DNA of 64,000 nucleotides, from assembly GCF_006345805.1 (NCBI RefSeq), contig NC_042998.1:122388001-122452000 (forward strand), given 5' to 3'. The DNA comes from Octopus sinensis. Its lineage: Eukaryota. The notes under the pieces are model-generated. The model did no database searches. It saw only the letters and a program-made list of their open reading frames with translations, and was not told the DNA's origin. Positions 36,461 to 50,499 of this stretch are shown piece after piece (position 1 is the stretch's first letter; each line of letters begins with the position of its first letter). The position numbers and the translations under genes were made by a program.

Positions 36461-36659
36461 CCACTTAACTTGATCCCTCTTCACCTTTCAGAATCGATCC
36501 CTTGTAAAGACAATGGAGTCTAAGTTTGAATCTTTTGAGCACTACTAAGTGTTTGCTATACTGAGAATCTCTGGATCTTATCTGTGGACTATATATATAC
36601 ATGTTTGTATGTAATGTATGTATATTATGTATATGTATGTATGTGTGTCTGTGTTTTTA

Positions 36660-36900
36660 TTAGCATGTACCCATGTCTACACATCACATGGTGGTTGCAA
36701 ATGAGCATCATCGTCTTACAAGTGAGGCTGGTTGTTTCCAGTACTCCATAAAAAAAAATGTCTGGCCATGGAGAAATGCTACCTTGTTTGGAAACAGGTG
36801 AGGGTTGGTGACAGGAAAGCCATCTGCCAGGAGAAAATCTGCTGCAAGAAATCTCGTCTGATCCATGGAGGCATGGAAAAGTGGACATTAAATGATATAT
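36660..36900 (+). mobile_element. Unclassified short retroposon ending in an RTE-like tail
   Basis: Ends gcatggaaaagtggacattaaatgat, like the RTE tails; related to about 33880-33990. Confidence 0.45.
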
Positions 36901-36954
36901 GTGCATAGAGAGCCACCTTGAGAGAGAGAGAGAGCGACCTTGAGAGAGAGAGCC

Positions 36955-37500
36955 ACCAGAACTTCTTCCAGCTTTGGTGGTTCCACAAGAGCTGCCTTCA
37001 CAGGTAACTCAGGGACAAGATTAAGAACATCCTCACTAACTACAGACTGCTTATTCAAAAGTTCACCAAAGTGTTCTTGCCACCTTTGCAGAATTCCTTG
37101 TGAATCACAAAGAAGTTCTTTACCATCTCTGCTTCGAAGTGGTATCATCAGAGAATTTGGTCCATAAACTTCTCGCAAGAGATCATACAACAGCTTTGTG
37201 TTATCGGAATCCAACACTGCCTGTATCTCTTCAGCCTTCTTACTCCACCATGTATCACATCTGAGAGAGCCTCCACCTCACACATGCTTTCACATCCTTG
37301 AGTTCCCTATGCATCACTTCCCTCTCCTGTGGCTTTGCTGACAAATAGTGTGACAAAGTATGTCTTTTATCAGCCAATAAATCATCTGTATGTTCCTCAT
37401 TTTCTTTAAACCAATCTTGATGCTTCTTTGTATCAGTCCCAGAACTTTCCTGACTTTTTAAGGGTCGGCCAATTCTCTCCAATATCTGCAACATTCATTT
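36955..37500 (-). mobile_element. BovB-type RTE LINE internal fragment (EN-RT linker)
   Basis: KHQDWFKENEE, KLLYDLLREVYGP..PLRSRDG..LL.D...ILQRWQEHF.ELLN, PKLEEV. Confidence 0.85.
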
Positions 37501-37853
37501 ACTCATATAAAGTTCTCTTCACACTATTACACCTAAGATGATCAACATTCAATCTTTTAGGCAGGGTAATAATACCTGCCGCCCGGATTTTATGTTTTGT
37601 GATTAATTTCACTTTTGCACGTACATGTGGTTGGGAAGCAAGCTTCTTACCACATAGCCATGCCAGCACCTATGTACATACATACATACATACATACATA
37701 CATACATACACATGCACACACACAGTCCAATACTCAGCCCCACGAAGTACACAAACACACTGCACATCTCGTCTGTCACACACCCTAACAAGGATGTGTA
37801 TTTATACACCCATATATATTCACATACACACAAACATATACATACATACATCT

Positions 37854-37887
<34 letters not shown>

Positions 37888-38275
37888 ACACACACACATC
37901 ATATACAGTCATCCTTAATATCATATCATTTAAACATTGTGCTTTATTATGCTTTCAGAAACACATGCATGCATGAGCTGACTCACATGTATCAACATTA
38001 ACAAGCACAACGCTTAATTATAGTCATGCTATATGTGTAGGTAAGCAACCATATAATCAAATGTTTTATTGCATGTGTCTGAATGGATACCTGTGATCTT
38101 CAGTTATAACCAAAAGTAGAAATGTTGGAGAAATGCTGATTTATGTGAGTTGTGATGTCATCCAAATGTGGATATATATGTCTATCACCTTGTGAAAAGT
38201 TCTACATACTATTACGCCTACACATCCATAAAAGCACAGCTATATGTTTGTCTGTCTGTCAGTATGTATATATAT

Positions 38276-38334
<59 letters not shown>

Positions 38335-38407
38335 ATATATGTATATATATATGTGTGTATATATATATATATATATTATATATATATATATAAATGTAAA
38401 TATATAG

Positions 38408-38555
38408 ATGCAGGAGTGGCTATGTGGTAAGTAACTTGCCTACCAACCACATAGTTCCGGGTTCAGTCTCGCTGTATGGCACCGTGGGCGAGTGTCTTCT
38501 ACTATAGCCTTGGACCGACCAAAGCCTTGTGAGTAGATGATTTGGTAGACGGAAA
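38408..38555 (+). mobile_element. SINE family A, 5' half
   Basis: gcaggagtggctatgtggtaagtaacttg..gttccgggttcagtctc. Confidence 0.85.
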
Positions 38556-38597
38556 CATACATATATATATATATATATACATACATACATATTTATA

Positions 38598-38745
38598 ACA
38601 AATCCGGGACTCCTCAACTAGGAAAATTCCTGTTAGCCAGCACCTAGACCAATGCCCCGTAGACAAAAAATCTAAATACCAAATCTTCCCTCTCTATCAA
38701 TGTATTGGAAACACTTCAACCCAAACGCTCTAATTGCTGACAGTA
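38598..38745 (+). mobile_element. Possible Penelope GIY-YIG C-terminal fragment
   Basis: IRDSSTRKIPVSQHLDQC..KYQIFPLYQC resembles the EH..I...PV..H region of PLE endonucleases. Confidence 0.45.
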
Positions 38746-38789
38746 GACTTGAGCATTGATTGTTGCATTAAGTGGTAACAATTAATAGA

Positions 38790-39536
38790 TAGAGAGAAGA
38801 ACCTTTTTCCCATGAAGTTCCCTTCTCGGTTGTGGTTGAACCTTTTCCCTTTTATTGTTTACGACATTTAACATTTCGATAGAAGATCCATTTTTTGTCA
38901 CCAGTCACAAGTCTATCTAAACGGGTGAAATGAGTTCGTGAGAATGGAGAGAAGAGCAGATGTCAACTCCGGATTTGCGGTTGCTTTCGGACAATTCCTG
39001 AGGCACCCATTTTCCAAGTTTAAGAACCTTTCCAAGTTGTTGAAGACGACGATGAACAGTTGTATGGTTTGAACTAAGCTTTATTGCCAATTCTTCAACT
39101 GATAATGCAGAATTTTCTTCAAGTAATGCCTCAAGGAGCTTATCAAACTCAACTGGACGTCCTGTTCGATCTTCATCTTCAAGGCTGAAATCTCCACTTC
39201 TGAATTTTGCAAACCATCTTCTGCAAGTTCTTTCATTCAACCGTTCTTTCCCATAAACTGAGTGTATGTTTCGAGTCGCTTCAGCTGCAGAGTATCCATT
39301 TTTGTATTTATAAAGCATTATCTGCCTCTATGCTCTTTGGATACTTCCATGCTAGAAAGGGTTTTAATCAAAGAAATTTCAGTTCTATTATTCTGCAAAA
39401 TAATATTTAATTGGTTTAAATATACACAAATGCATAAGAATAGTTTTTAATTCCATCAGACATTCTGAAATACTATTAAATTTCATTCAATTTAAAAAAA
39501 GTTAAAATCGGACAAAACTTATGGGATGACCTAATA
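38790..39536 (-). mobile_element. mariner transposon, 5' half (HTH plus first catalytic D)
   Basis: TIR TA-TTAGGTCATCCCATAAGTTTTGTCCG; RTCRRWFAKFRSGDFSLEDEDRTGRP, GKWVPQEL, LVTGDKKWIFY, LHGKKVLL; 3' half missing. Confidence 0.92.
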
Positions 39537-39924
39537 TATATATACATGACCGCCGCCCATACACCTTATTCTCCTGACTTTCCTCTGTTTGTGCCTCAAG
39601 GCTTTCACTCCACATGCCAGCTCAAATTAACACGTCCTTATTAGTTGAAAGACACCTGTTGTCTTGTATTTGTTGCTTGTATTTGTAATCGTGTAATATT
39701 TTCTCCCTTTTCTGGTTTTTTTTTTGTCTATGTTGTCATACACATTCACTTGCTGTCTTCCAAAAATTTAATGCTCTTAGCTTAGATTTCTGGGGCCAAC
39801 CAACTTTGAACAGTCCCAAATGTAACAGGTCAAAACTGTTATAATAATTGGAAACTTGACTGATGAACAGAAGGCCACGAATGATCCGTCCTGGTTTTTC
39901 CTGTTCGTCTTTGTATCGTCTATC

Positions 39925-40042
39925 TGTCCGTATGTTTTTATTGTCGTCCGTTACAACACTGGGGTCGATGTAATCGACTTAATCCCTTTGTCTATCCTTG
40001 TTTCTCTCTCTATGTTTAGCCTCTTGTGGGCAATAAAGAAAT
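39925..40042 (+). mobile_element. SINE family B, 3' portion
   Basis: ctggggtcgatgtaatcgacttaatccc..gtgggcaataaagaaata. Confidence 0.7.
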
Positions 40043-40063
40043 ATACATATATATATATATATA

Positions 40064-40264
40064 CAGTTGTGGCCAAAAGTTTAGAAAATTTTTTTAAATA
40101 TTAAAATTATTATACCAAGTACGATTCGATTCAAATATACAACATAGAGATATACTGACCTAATAACTCATCCAATGCCCATTTATATATTAGATATAAC
40201 TTCGAATATTTAATATAAAAATTCTAATTTTCAGGCCTATGTTCCAAACTTTTGGCTATAACTG
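40064..40264. mobile_element. 201-bp Tc1-type MITE
   Basis: TIRs CAGTTGTGGCCAAAAGTTT and AAACTTTTGGCTATAACTG (17/19), with TA on both sides. Confidence 0.85.
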
Positions 40265-40270
40265 TATATA

Positions 40271-41557
40271 TGTGGGGGTACCCAAATAAAACCAGAAATT
40301 TGCAATATTATTTCATTCACTAAGATTTACAGGTTTAGTCTTTTATCTCCTTCAAAGTATTCTCCATTTGAAGCAACGCGTTGGTCCAGATGCAATTTCC
40401 ATTGTTCGAAGCAGTCCTTGAACTCTTGCAATGTGATGCCTTTTAACACCTTCGTCATTTTTTTTCTTCACCTCTTCAACATCTGCAAAATGTTTTCCTT
40501 TAAAGACTTTTCTTATTCGGGGGAACCAAGAAAGTCACAGGGAGCAAGATCAGGGAAATTTAGATTGTAGGTAAGCGGGGTATGCCATTTTGGGTCAAAA
40601 CTGTCGCACGCTCAAGGCGATGTGTGCAGGCAGATCATTGTGATGAAACTACCACTCTCCACTTTGCCACGGGTCGGGGCTTTTTTGTCTCACCGCATCT
40701 CATAAATGCTTCAAAACTTCCAAGTAAAATGTCTGGTAAACAGTTTGACCAGAAGGAGCAAATTCTGTAAGGACAATTCCTTTCGAACCAATGAAACAAA
40801 TCAGCATCGTCTTGACATTGTACTTTACTTTGACGCACTTGTTTTTGAGCGTGGTGACTTTGAATGCTTCCATTGATTGCTGCTTCGTTTCCAGGTCGTA
40901 GCTGTAGCACCAGCTTTCGCCACCAGTGATAACCTTCGAAAAAAAGGTTCAGATCAACTTCCAACTGTTCTTTCAGTTCACAACACACATTCAGTCATAA
41001 CTGCCTTTGATCTTTCGTGAGCAAGCGAGACACGAGTTTTGCTGCAACTTTTTTCATTCTCAACACCTCGCTCAAAATTTGTTGGCAGAGGCTCCAGGAC
41101 ACACCAGTCATATTGACAAGTACGTCAATTGTTCGGCGATAGTCCTCCAAGATCAGATCATCAATTGTTGTGATGTTTCATTCGTTCGGGAGGTCGATGG
41201 TTGCCCTAAAAGAGATTGGTCTTCAGGTGATAAGTGACCATTCCTAAAATGTGGAAACCACTCATAAACTTGTGTTTTGTTCATGGCAACATACTTGTAA
41301 GCTGTCTGAAGCATGACAACTGTTTCAGCCACTGTTTTCCCCAACAGAAAACAAAATTTCACACGGAAGCATGCTGTTCCTTCGTTTCAGCCAACGCAAA
41401 ACATCGATGAACAGGGAAGAAGCACTGCAAAACCAAAACAAACTACTGGTTGGCAGACTGATACCTGAGGGTTGTATTAAATGACCTCAGAGGAAGCCTG
41501 AACTATAATGGGCTTATCCTACAGAGAATGTTTCCAGTTGCTTCTGGGTACTCCCTC

Positions 41558-41558
<1 letters not shown>
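40271..41558 (-). mobile_element. Full-length (~1.29 kb) decayed mariner
   Basis: Imperfect TIRs with TA at both ends; KFCFLLGKTVAETVVMLQTAY, VYEWF, PDLAPCDF, FEQWK...VASNGEYFEGD. Confidence 0.92.
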
Positions 41559-41588
<30 letters not shown>

Positions 41589-42589
41589 CATGCATGTATA
41601 TATATATCTATATATGTGTATACATGTATGTATGTGCATATGTATGTTGTTCATGTTTAACCCTAGGCCAGTATTGATTGAGTAGACCATGATCAAAAGC
41701 ATTCCATCTTTTTCCTATCTGCAGGAGATCCAAACTCATATCATATATGTGTCCTCCCTTTTTTAAAGACAAGTTGAAAGTTACTTGAAGAAAATATGAC
41801 TGCTATTTCTAGCAGGTAAATTGATTTCTTTTAGATTACTTCGTTGTTTTGTATATGTATTTAATTAAAAGATAAAAGTATATATTGCTTACCTGTCTCA
41901 TTCTATGTGTGAGTGTGTATGTGTGTGTGTGCATGCAAGTGAGGGTGAGTCAGAAAGAAATTCAGTTTTTATTTCATGACTGTTGAACTTGATAAAAATG
42001 ATGAAAATGGAATGCAACAAACAGTGAGACACTGATGCCATTTTGGAATGGACCTGTCCAATACATGCAAACATGGAGAATTGGATGTGTTGATGATAGC
42101 AGTGATGATAATGATATATATATATATATATATATATATGAATAAATACATACATACATCCATACACACATACATACATACATACACACACACGTACGTA
42201 CGTACATACATACATACATACACATACATACATACACACACACACATACACACACACACACATACATACATGGTTGTTTTTATGTTCAGTTATAATAAAA
42301 ACAATTTTACATTAAACTGATAGGTTACTCACACTTTTGTAGAGTACATATATTTATATATATGAGTATACATACATACACATACATATATTTATATATT
42401 GTTAATGATGACATATGCATACATACATACATACATACATACACACCTATCTATATCTGTCTATATTCATATGTACAAATATATACATTTGTTAAACAAG
42501 ACAGGTCTCAGAAAGTTGTTTATAACTTTTTATTCTTCCAGTAGCATCAATGATTTTGATATTATTGCTGTTCTTGATTTTCAAAACAA

Positions 42590-42770
42590 TGATGGTAACT
42601 GTTGATATGGATAATGTTTGATGTATTGCTGCGATTGTTGCTGCTCTTTCTGGTGGTGGTGGTGGTGATGATGATGATGATGACGACGATGATAACGACC
42701 ATGACGATATGGATGCTGATGTTGTGGATACTGATGATGATGATGATGATGATAATGGCGTATGTTAAAG
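42590..42770. repeat. (GAT/GGT)n degenerate trinucleotide tract
   Basis: Direct inspection. Confidence 0.9.
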
Positions 42771-44053
42771 TATTTATAATAATTACAGCAATGCATATCT
42801 AATAGCTATTTGTTGAGACAAAATGCGCTTTTACTAATCAGTGGGATTTCAGCTAGGAAAGAAAACAATTGTGGTGAAATCTATCTAAAGCTATGTTGTA
42901 CTGTTTCAGAAAGCCTACGTTCATTAAGAACTATCTCTCTCAATGGCTTTCAGGAATAAATAAGACGCTATAGAAATAACACTTACACTAGCTTCTCCTT
43001 ACTTTTATATGCAATCACTGCAAATGGTTATCTCACTGGAGACGAAGAATGGATATTTTCTGATAGCCAGCTGACTTCATCTTCCCTTTCTCTCAAATGT
43101 TGTTCAAATATTAAATGAGTTCTTTATTGCAAGAATATAGGAACATAAACTAAGACAGTATATATGTAAGTGGAGGGGAAAAACTTAAACAAAATCTTTA
43201 TCTTATTCCATTACACTTTGGTATAGCTATTAAAGACCTTGGTGCTTTTCTTATGGGCAGAAATATTCAGGAAAATGCAAACAGTGTTCTGTAAAGCTAG
43301 CGTATTATCTTCACTGTTAAGTATAAAGGCAGACAGGTAAATGAATATGAGTCAATGTGAGTGAATTCAGATATATTTTTATCTGCAGACATAATAGCTA
43401 CAATTAACACAAACTTTTGGAAGAATGGATCGTCACAAAGTATTTATGGAGACTTGAAGGTTGACAAAAGTGACTGGACAATGATAGTTCTTTACACAGG
43501 GAATAGATTAAATCCTTTAAAAGAAATATGGTAAACGTGGCTATTCTGTGTGCTCCTGACTTATGTATGATAATCAAATATAATACTACAGAACTGAATT
43601 CATTTCTTGCCTATCAATATGTGTGTGAGTGAATGAGTGTGTGTGTGTCTGAGAGTGAGAGAGAGAATGTGAGAGATAGTGTATATATCTGTGTGTGTGT
43701 GAGTGTGTGTGTGAAAGAGAGAGAGAGAGAGAAAAGGAGAAAGGTGTTAGTGAGTTTCTGTTTATATTAATAAATGGATGCAACATATATACGTAACTGT
43801 ATTCATGTATGTTTTTTTTATGCTTATATGTATATATCTGTAAATACACACAGACACACATACGCAAACAGAGTTTTTACATACATATAAGCATATATAC
43901 AAAAATTAGAAAGCAACTGGACATCTGCATGTTGAAAAATGGTGAGTTTAGTGAGCAAACCATATAAGTAGATGAATTAGAACACAGTTACTGCAAACAT
44001 GGAACAAAAGCGATTTGGAATTCATGACTTAGAAAAGTAGATTAATTTCATAG

Positions 44054-44114
44054 CACTGGAGAACAGTCCTCTGAAATTAATGGGAAAAGCCTCAGACTCA
44101 GGACTTATCCCAGG
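44054..44114 (+). other. Candidate 61-nt internal exon
   Basis: ttaatttcatag acceptor and CAGG/gtaagt consensus donor; two frames open (LENSPLKLMGKASDSGLIP or TGEQSSEINGKSLRLRTYPR). Confidence 0.35.
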
Positions 44115-44279
44115 GTAAGTACAAGAATCTCACCGTTGAACACTAGAATCTCACCTTTTATCATTGACTGTTCATAACACTGAATGGAAAGAGAGTCAAT
44201 CATACAATAAATGAACCCAAATAATCAACTTTCGTTAGTTTTCACATAAAATAATAAAAATTATTCAACTTATAGGTCG

Positions 44280-44575
44280 AGGTATGGCTGCGTAGTAACA
44301 AGCTTGCTTCCCAACCACATCATTTCAGGTTCAGTCCCACTGCACGTCTTCTACTATAGCCTTGGGCTTATGAGTGGATTTGGTAGACAAAGACTGAAAG
44401 AAGTTCGTTGTTTGTATGTGTGTGTGTGTGTGTGTGTTTGTTGTGTTTGTCCTCCACCACTTCTTGATAAGTGGTGTTGATGTGTTTACGTCCCCATAAG
44501 TTAGCTGTTTGGCAAAAGACATTGATGAAGTGCCCCAGCATGGCTTCAATCTAATGACTGAAACAATTCAATGAT
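44280..44575 (+). mobile_element. SINE family A with internal deletions
   Basis: Head, core and tail motifs present. Confidence 0.8.
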
Positions 44576-44889
44576 AAAATATAAAAGCTAAAACTTATCT
44601 AAGGTAAAAATTACCAGCCAACAGCCTGTTATGAAATAATGTGTGAAATATAGATTGAATTGCTCAATCTATTTTCATTGGGTCATCATCTCACTAACAG
44701 TAGTATAAAACCTGAGCAAGCTAGAAGAAAGAAGAAAGTATAGGACTAAAGAGCAAAGTTACTCATTTACAAGATAAATTGCCATAGTGTGAGGTATGCA
44801 GTGTGGGTAGCCTGCATGAGATGTGCTTAGCAGCATTTAGTTCGTTTGTACGTTCTGAGATGTTAAGAATACCCCTGATGCATTGAGCG

Positions 44890-45215
44890 ATATGATATAC
44901 TTGAGAAGACCTGTTGAGTCAAGTAAAACCAATATTGTAGCTGGGGCTGGTCTCCCCTGACTGACTCCCATGCTGGTGGTATGTAAAAGCACCATCTGAA
45001 CGTGGTCAATTCCAAATCCTATGCTGGTGGTACGTAAAAAGCACCCACTACACTCTTGGAGTGGTTGGCGTTAGGAAGGGCATGCAGCTATAGGAACTTT
45101 GCCAAATCAGATTGGAGCTTGGTGCAGCCACTGGCTCTCCAGACCTCAGTCAAACCATTCAACCCATGCCAGCATGGAAAACGGATGTTAATTGATGATA
45201 ATGATGATAATGTAT
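44890..45215 (+). mobile_element. RTE LINE 3' end
   Basis: ggagtggttggcgttaggaagggcatgcagct..aacccatgccagcatggaaaacggatgttaa-(GAT)n. Confidence 0.85.
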
Positions 45216-46145
45216 ATAATTAAATAAGATTTGGATAGAAACTTTGTAGTATGCTATGCAAAGTTCATCCTCAGTTTATTTGCTACTTGATGTCCTCATA
45301 CAGTGGAAATGCTTTCGCTACTGTATCCTACTGTCATGACAGCAGAATCTTATGAAGAACTTATCTAAACAGTCACCCGTGGAGGCACATCTTACACCTT
45401 GCATGGTGGTATTGATAACACAACATCACACCAATGTACTATGAATGTAAAAAAGGTGTCAAAACAATTGTACGATTTTAAATAAAGAATGTTGTCCAAT
45501 ACATTTTCTATCACTTATCTTTTTTACATATATATATTTGTGAAAGAATTTTTTGTATCATATATCACAGCCATTATTACTATCCACATTTTCACATAGG
45601 ATTTGTTATGCATGCATGAGTGACCAGGTTTCCTCCAGCAATGTGCATTGCCAATCATCACTGTCCTCTGTCATTTCCTTCATGAGATGCAAAACTTTAA
45701 GAGCATTCTTCACCACTTCATTCCAATTCTTCCTTGGTGTTCTTCTTGCACATGGCATGTGTCTATGTGTCTATATGCTTATGTGTATACTTATGGGTGT
45801 TATGTGTATATATATATACATACATAAATGCATACATGCATATTTACATATACATATATATGTGTGTGTGTTTGTCTCTGCATGTATACATATGTATATG
45901 TGCGTGTCTGTGTGTGATATGTGTGCTTTTGCATTTAAGTGTGTACACACACACACACACACACACATGCATGGATATACGTGGTCACACATACACACAC
46001 ACAAACTCTTGTATATGAATAAATATGCATCTATAATGTATGATACATTAGATTATATATACATTTGTATGTGTATATATATATAAAAATATATATATAT
46101 ATACATATACATACACATATATATATATGTACATGTGTGTGTATA

Positions 46146-46198
<53 letters not shown>

Positions 46199-46844
46199 GC
46201 ATATATATATTATATGTGCATGTGTATATATATATGTGATTTACATGCATACACACTTGCACAAATACAGATACAACCCCCCCCCCATACACACACATGT
46301 ATCCCTGACAGACACTGACGCACATACACAAATATAGTAATTGCATCAAATACTTCATGTTTAGGCTTTACGAATTTAGGAATCGCATTTTGGTAGCAGC
46401 ATATAATTTCCATTAATAACGAGTAGCAGAGAAGAAAATCAGTAATTGGTGTTTTTGGATCTGCTCTAATAAATCTTAAAAGCATAAGCTTCTGATGGTT
46501 TCATGATAATGGGTTATATTTTGGCTTAGCTACCGAAATCTAGCAAATGCAATGAGTCAGTTTTATGTTACATGTTTCAGTAATTTTCTTATGGAATATT
46601 AAATACCAAACTGTCCGACAGCTTATTTCAAATGAATAGTTTCATTCTTAGTTAGAAGTTTTGTGAGTGGATATCTTTTTAACCTTTCACCAAAGGTTAG
46701 TATATAGACAAAGAAAAAGAAGAAAAGAAAATGTTAATAATTAATTGCAACTAACGAAATACATAACTAAACATACTAAATAAATTACATAAATAACAGT
46801 CCTGACTAACTCACACATGCACACACACACACAATATATATATG

Positions 46845-46884
<40 letters not shown>

Positions 46885-46936
46885 TTATATATAAATATAC
46901 ATAATACATACATATGTGCATACTTATATAAATACA

Positions 46937-46967
<31 letters not shown>

Positions 46968-48420
46968 GTCATCATCGTCGTTTAACGTCCGCTTTCCATG
47001 CTGGCATGGGTTGGACGGTTTGACTGAGGTCTAGCAAGCCAGAAGGCTGCACCAGGATCCAATCTGATCTGCAAAGTTTCTACAGCTGCATGCCCTTCTT
47101 AACACCAATCACTCTGAGAGTGTAGTGGGTGCTTTTACGTGCCACCGGCATGAGGGCCAGTCAGGCGGTACTGGCAACGACCACACCCAAAAGATGTTTT
47201 TTATGTGCCACCTGAATGGGAGCCAGTCAGGCAGCACTGGCAATGATCATGCTCGAATGTTATTTTTCATGTGCCACAGTAAGGCGACACTGGCAACGAT
47301 TACGGTCGAATGGTGCATTTTACATGCCACAGGCATGGGAGTCAGTTAGTAACCCTGGTAATGAACATGCTTGGATGGTGCTTTTAATGTTCCACTGGCA
47401 CGAGTGCCAATCAGGCGGTAGTCATTGGCCATGTCAGTGATTTTAATTTCACTTGCCTCAACAGGTCTTCACAAGCAAAGTTTATTGTCCAATGAATGAA
47501 GAGTACTCATAAGTGGGCTGGTTATACATCATTGGCATAGCCCATGGTTCATGGTCTCACTTGGCTTGTTGGGTCTTCTCAAGCACAGCATATCTTCAAA
47601 GGTCTCAGTCACTAGTCATTGCCTTGGTGAGGTCCAATGTTTGAAGGTTATGCTTCACCACCTCATCCCGGGTCTTCCTCTTCCACAGGTTCCTTCAACT
47701 GCTAGGGTGTGACATTTTTTCACACAGCTGTCTTCAACCATTCACAGCACATGACCATACCAGCACAGTCGTCTCTCTTGTATACCACATCTGATGCTTC
47801 TTAAGTCCAACTTTTCTCTCAGAGCGCTTACACTCTGTCATGTATGCATACTGACATTACACATCCACCAGAGCATACTGGCTTCATTCCTTGCAAGCTT
47901 ATGCATGTCCTCAGCAGTCATGGCCCATGTTTCACTGCCATAGCATAGCTGTTTGTACACATGCGTCATGCAGTCTACCTTTTACTCTGAATGAGAGGCC
48001 CTTTGTCACCAGCAGAAGTAGGAGCTCCCTGAACTTTACCCAGGCTATTCTTATTCTAGCAGCTACACTTTCAGAGCATCCACCCTGGCTACTGACATGA
48101 TCTCCTAGGTAATGGAAGCTATCAACTACTTGTAGTTTTTCTCCCTGGCATGTGATGGAATCAGTTTTCTGAGCATCTGTGGTGTTTATTGTCCCTATGC
48201 ATCTGCTACACACAAAAGCTATCTTCTCAGTTAACCTTCCTTTGATGTTTTTAGCTAGGTTGACCCTAAGGTCCTTCGATTCTAATCCTTGTTTCCACAT
48301 CTGAAACTTTTTCTCTAGTTCTGATTATGAGTCAGCAAGGTCATCAACATAGAGAAGCTCCCAGGGGCACTCTGTCTTGAATTCCTCTATTATTATGATG
48401 AATAAGAAGGGGCTGATACA
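46968..48420 (-). mobile_element. RTE LINE 3' third, from RT motif C to tail
   Basis: [12 protein letters not shown] (YADD position), VVDSFHYLGD, RIRIAWVKFREL; 3' UTR with about five tandem ~65-bp units. Confidence 0.92.
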
Positions 48421-48493
48421 GATATACATATACACATGAGTACACACACACAACACCCACACACATATACATATATATATGTGCACATATAAA

Positions 48494-48536
<43 letters not shown>

Positions 48537-48537
48537 G

Positions 48538-48580
<43 letters not shown>

Positions 48581-48586
48581 GTAATG

Positions 48587-48619
<33 letters not shown>

Positions 48620-50499
48620 TATATGTATGTGTGTGTGTGTGTGTATACATATGTATATATATGTATGTACACACACACACTCATGCACATGCACACACAC
48701 ACATACACACACATTATATAAAACAAATATGATATATGCAAAAGTTGAATAAAAATGCAACTCTGCAGATGATATATTCGAATTTATAGAAGCATTATGA
48801 AATCATTAATGTTATTAAATGCAATACATTTCCAGACTAGTTTGACACCCAATTACTAATTGAAAACATAACAACAATTAATCATTTAATAATAATTTTT
48901 ATGAAAAATTGAACTGATCTCTACATCTGTCAGAAACCATAAAAAATGTTCAGCTTCCTTATTGAGTGAAAAATGAACACTTTTCAATGGCATTATAGCC
49001 ACAACATGAAACAATGTATGAAATAGCTGCATTCAGACCAGGTTGAATTGTGTAGCTAATATATATATATAGCAATCTCTCAATTTGTTGCCTTGGGATT
49101 ATAATGAAAGACATGGGTTTCTTGAATGTGGTGGCTTTCTTGAATTATTTCTTATGGGAAGGTAATGTGTATATTACATATATTTAGCAATTGATGAAGC
49201 ATGGTCTCCATGGGTATGGTGAGCTAAATATTAATGAACCCTGAAAATTTTGTCTATCCTAGATATACTCTTAGCAAGACAAAAGAAAATATTGTGTATG
49301 ATACCTTTTGGCAGAAGTCCATTCTGAATCATTTAGTTGTTTCATTAAAAAATATCCTTTTTTCCCTTGTGTAGCAAAGACAAATAATTACCATTACTAA
49401 ATAATTATCATCACCATTGTTATTAATGATGTTCGAATTACTTTATTGAAGCTCTTGTGGTAGTATTTTCTTAAGGAATTTGAAATGATAGAATTTTGTC
49501 GAGCAATACAGTTTTGATTCCCATTTAACATGCATTTTTCTGGTTGAGTGGGAAAAACATGACATTACTCTTTTTAGTGTTTCTCATATTGGTATTATTC
49601 TACTGGTATATGGAGACAGCAAAAGAGGTAATAGCAGTTATTAGTGCTGCAGAGTAAGCAACAACATTTATATCAAGAGCATCAGCAGTTATGATTTCTC
49701 AATGCTTTTACAGATTCCCATGACTCTCTGTGGCCATCCAATTCCATTATCATGAATATGAACTGAGAGCTTGTGTCATAGTGAATCTTTCAATAGATGA
49801 TTACATAACCATGGATACCACCCCTATGGATTCATTGCAGTTATTCTCTTGATAGAGCTTGGTTATCTTGACTGTTAATCTTCTAGGACTCCTCTGCTCA
49901 GCATCAATCTAAGAAGCACTGATGGCTCAGTTGAGCTCTTCCATTACCTCTTCAAAATTCACCATGCTGCAGTCTTATGACTTCACCATATATCCCTGGC
50001 AGGGTGACTGAATGAGTGCTATGGCTTGCCAAATGGCAATCTGTAACTATATATGGCATACCCATTACCCCATTAGGTATTTTCATAAAACCCACATACC
50101 CAATAATACTGTGAATATACTAGTGACTACAGAAACAGAAACTGTAATAACAACATCAGTGCTTAGTGCAATGTGATCGTCACCAATAACAGTGATGACA
50201 ATGAAAACAGTAGTTATGATAACAATGACAAAAAGATGAAGAATATATTCTCACAAGTAACTGAGAAACACACAAAGATAAAGTTAATAAGATGTTGAAA
50301 AGATGAAGCAGTTCATATTCAGAATAGATAATGTTAATTAATTCATTGTGTTCTCCATAGCATTTTTGAATAATTAAAATCTTGTGCACTTAAATTTTTC
50401 TTCACTATTCTCTCTTATATTCACCTTGTAACTTTAGAGTATGTTCTGACACCTTGTCATCACCATCTTTAGCTTTCTTTCTAGCTGCTCTCACCTACA

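Noticed and set aside
39790-39895. Hammerhead-like fragments (tttgaacag..caaaactgtt and ctgatgaacag..cacgaatg)
   Set aside because: Neither has a complete core with paired stems; at most a decayed repeat terminus
49700-50100. Higher-complexity segment resembling decayed retroelement coding sequence
   Set aside because: No diagnostic motif recoverable in any frame
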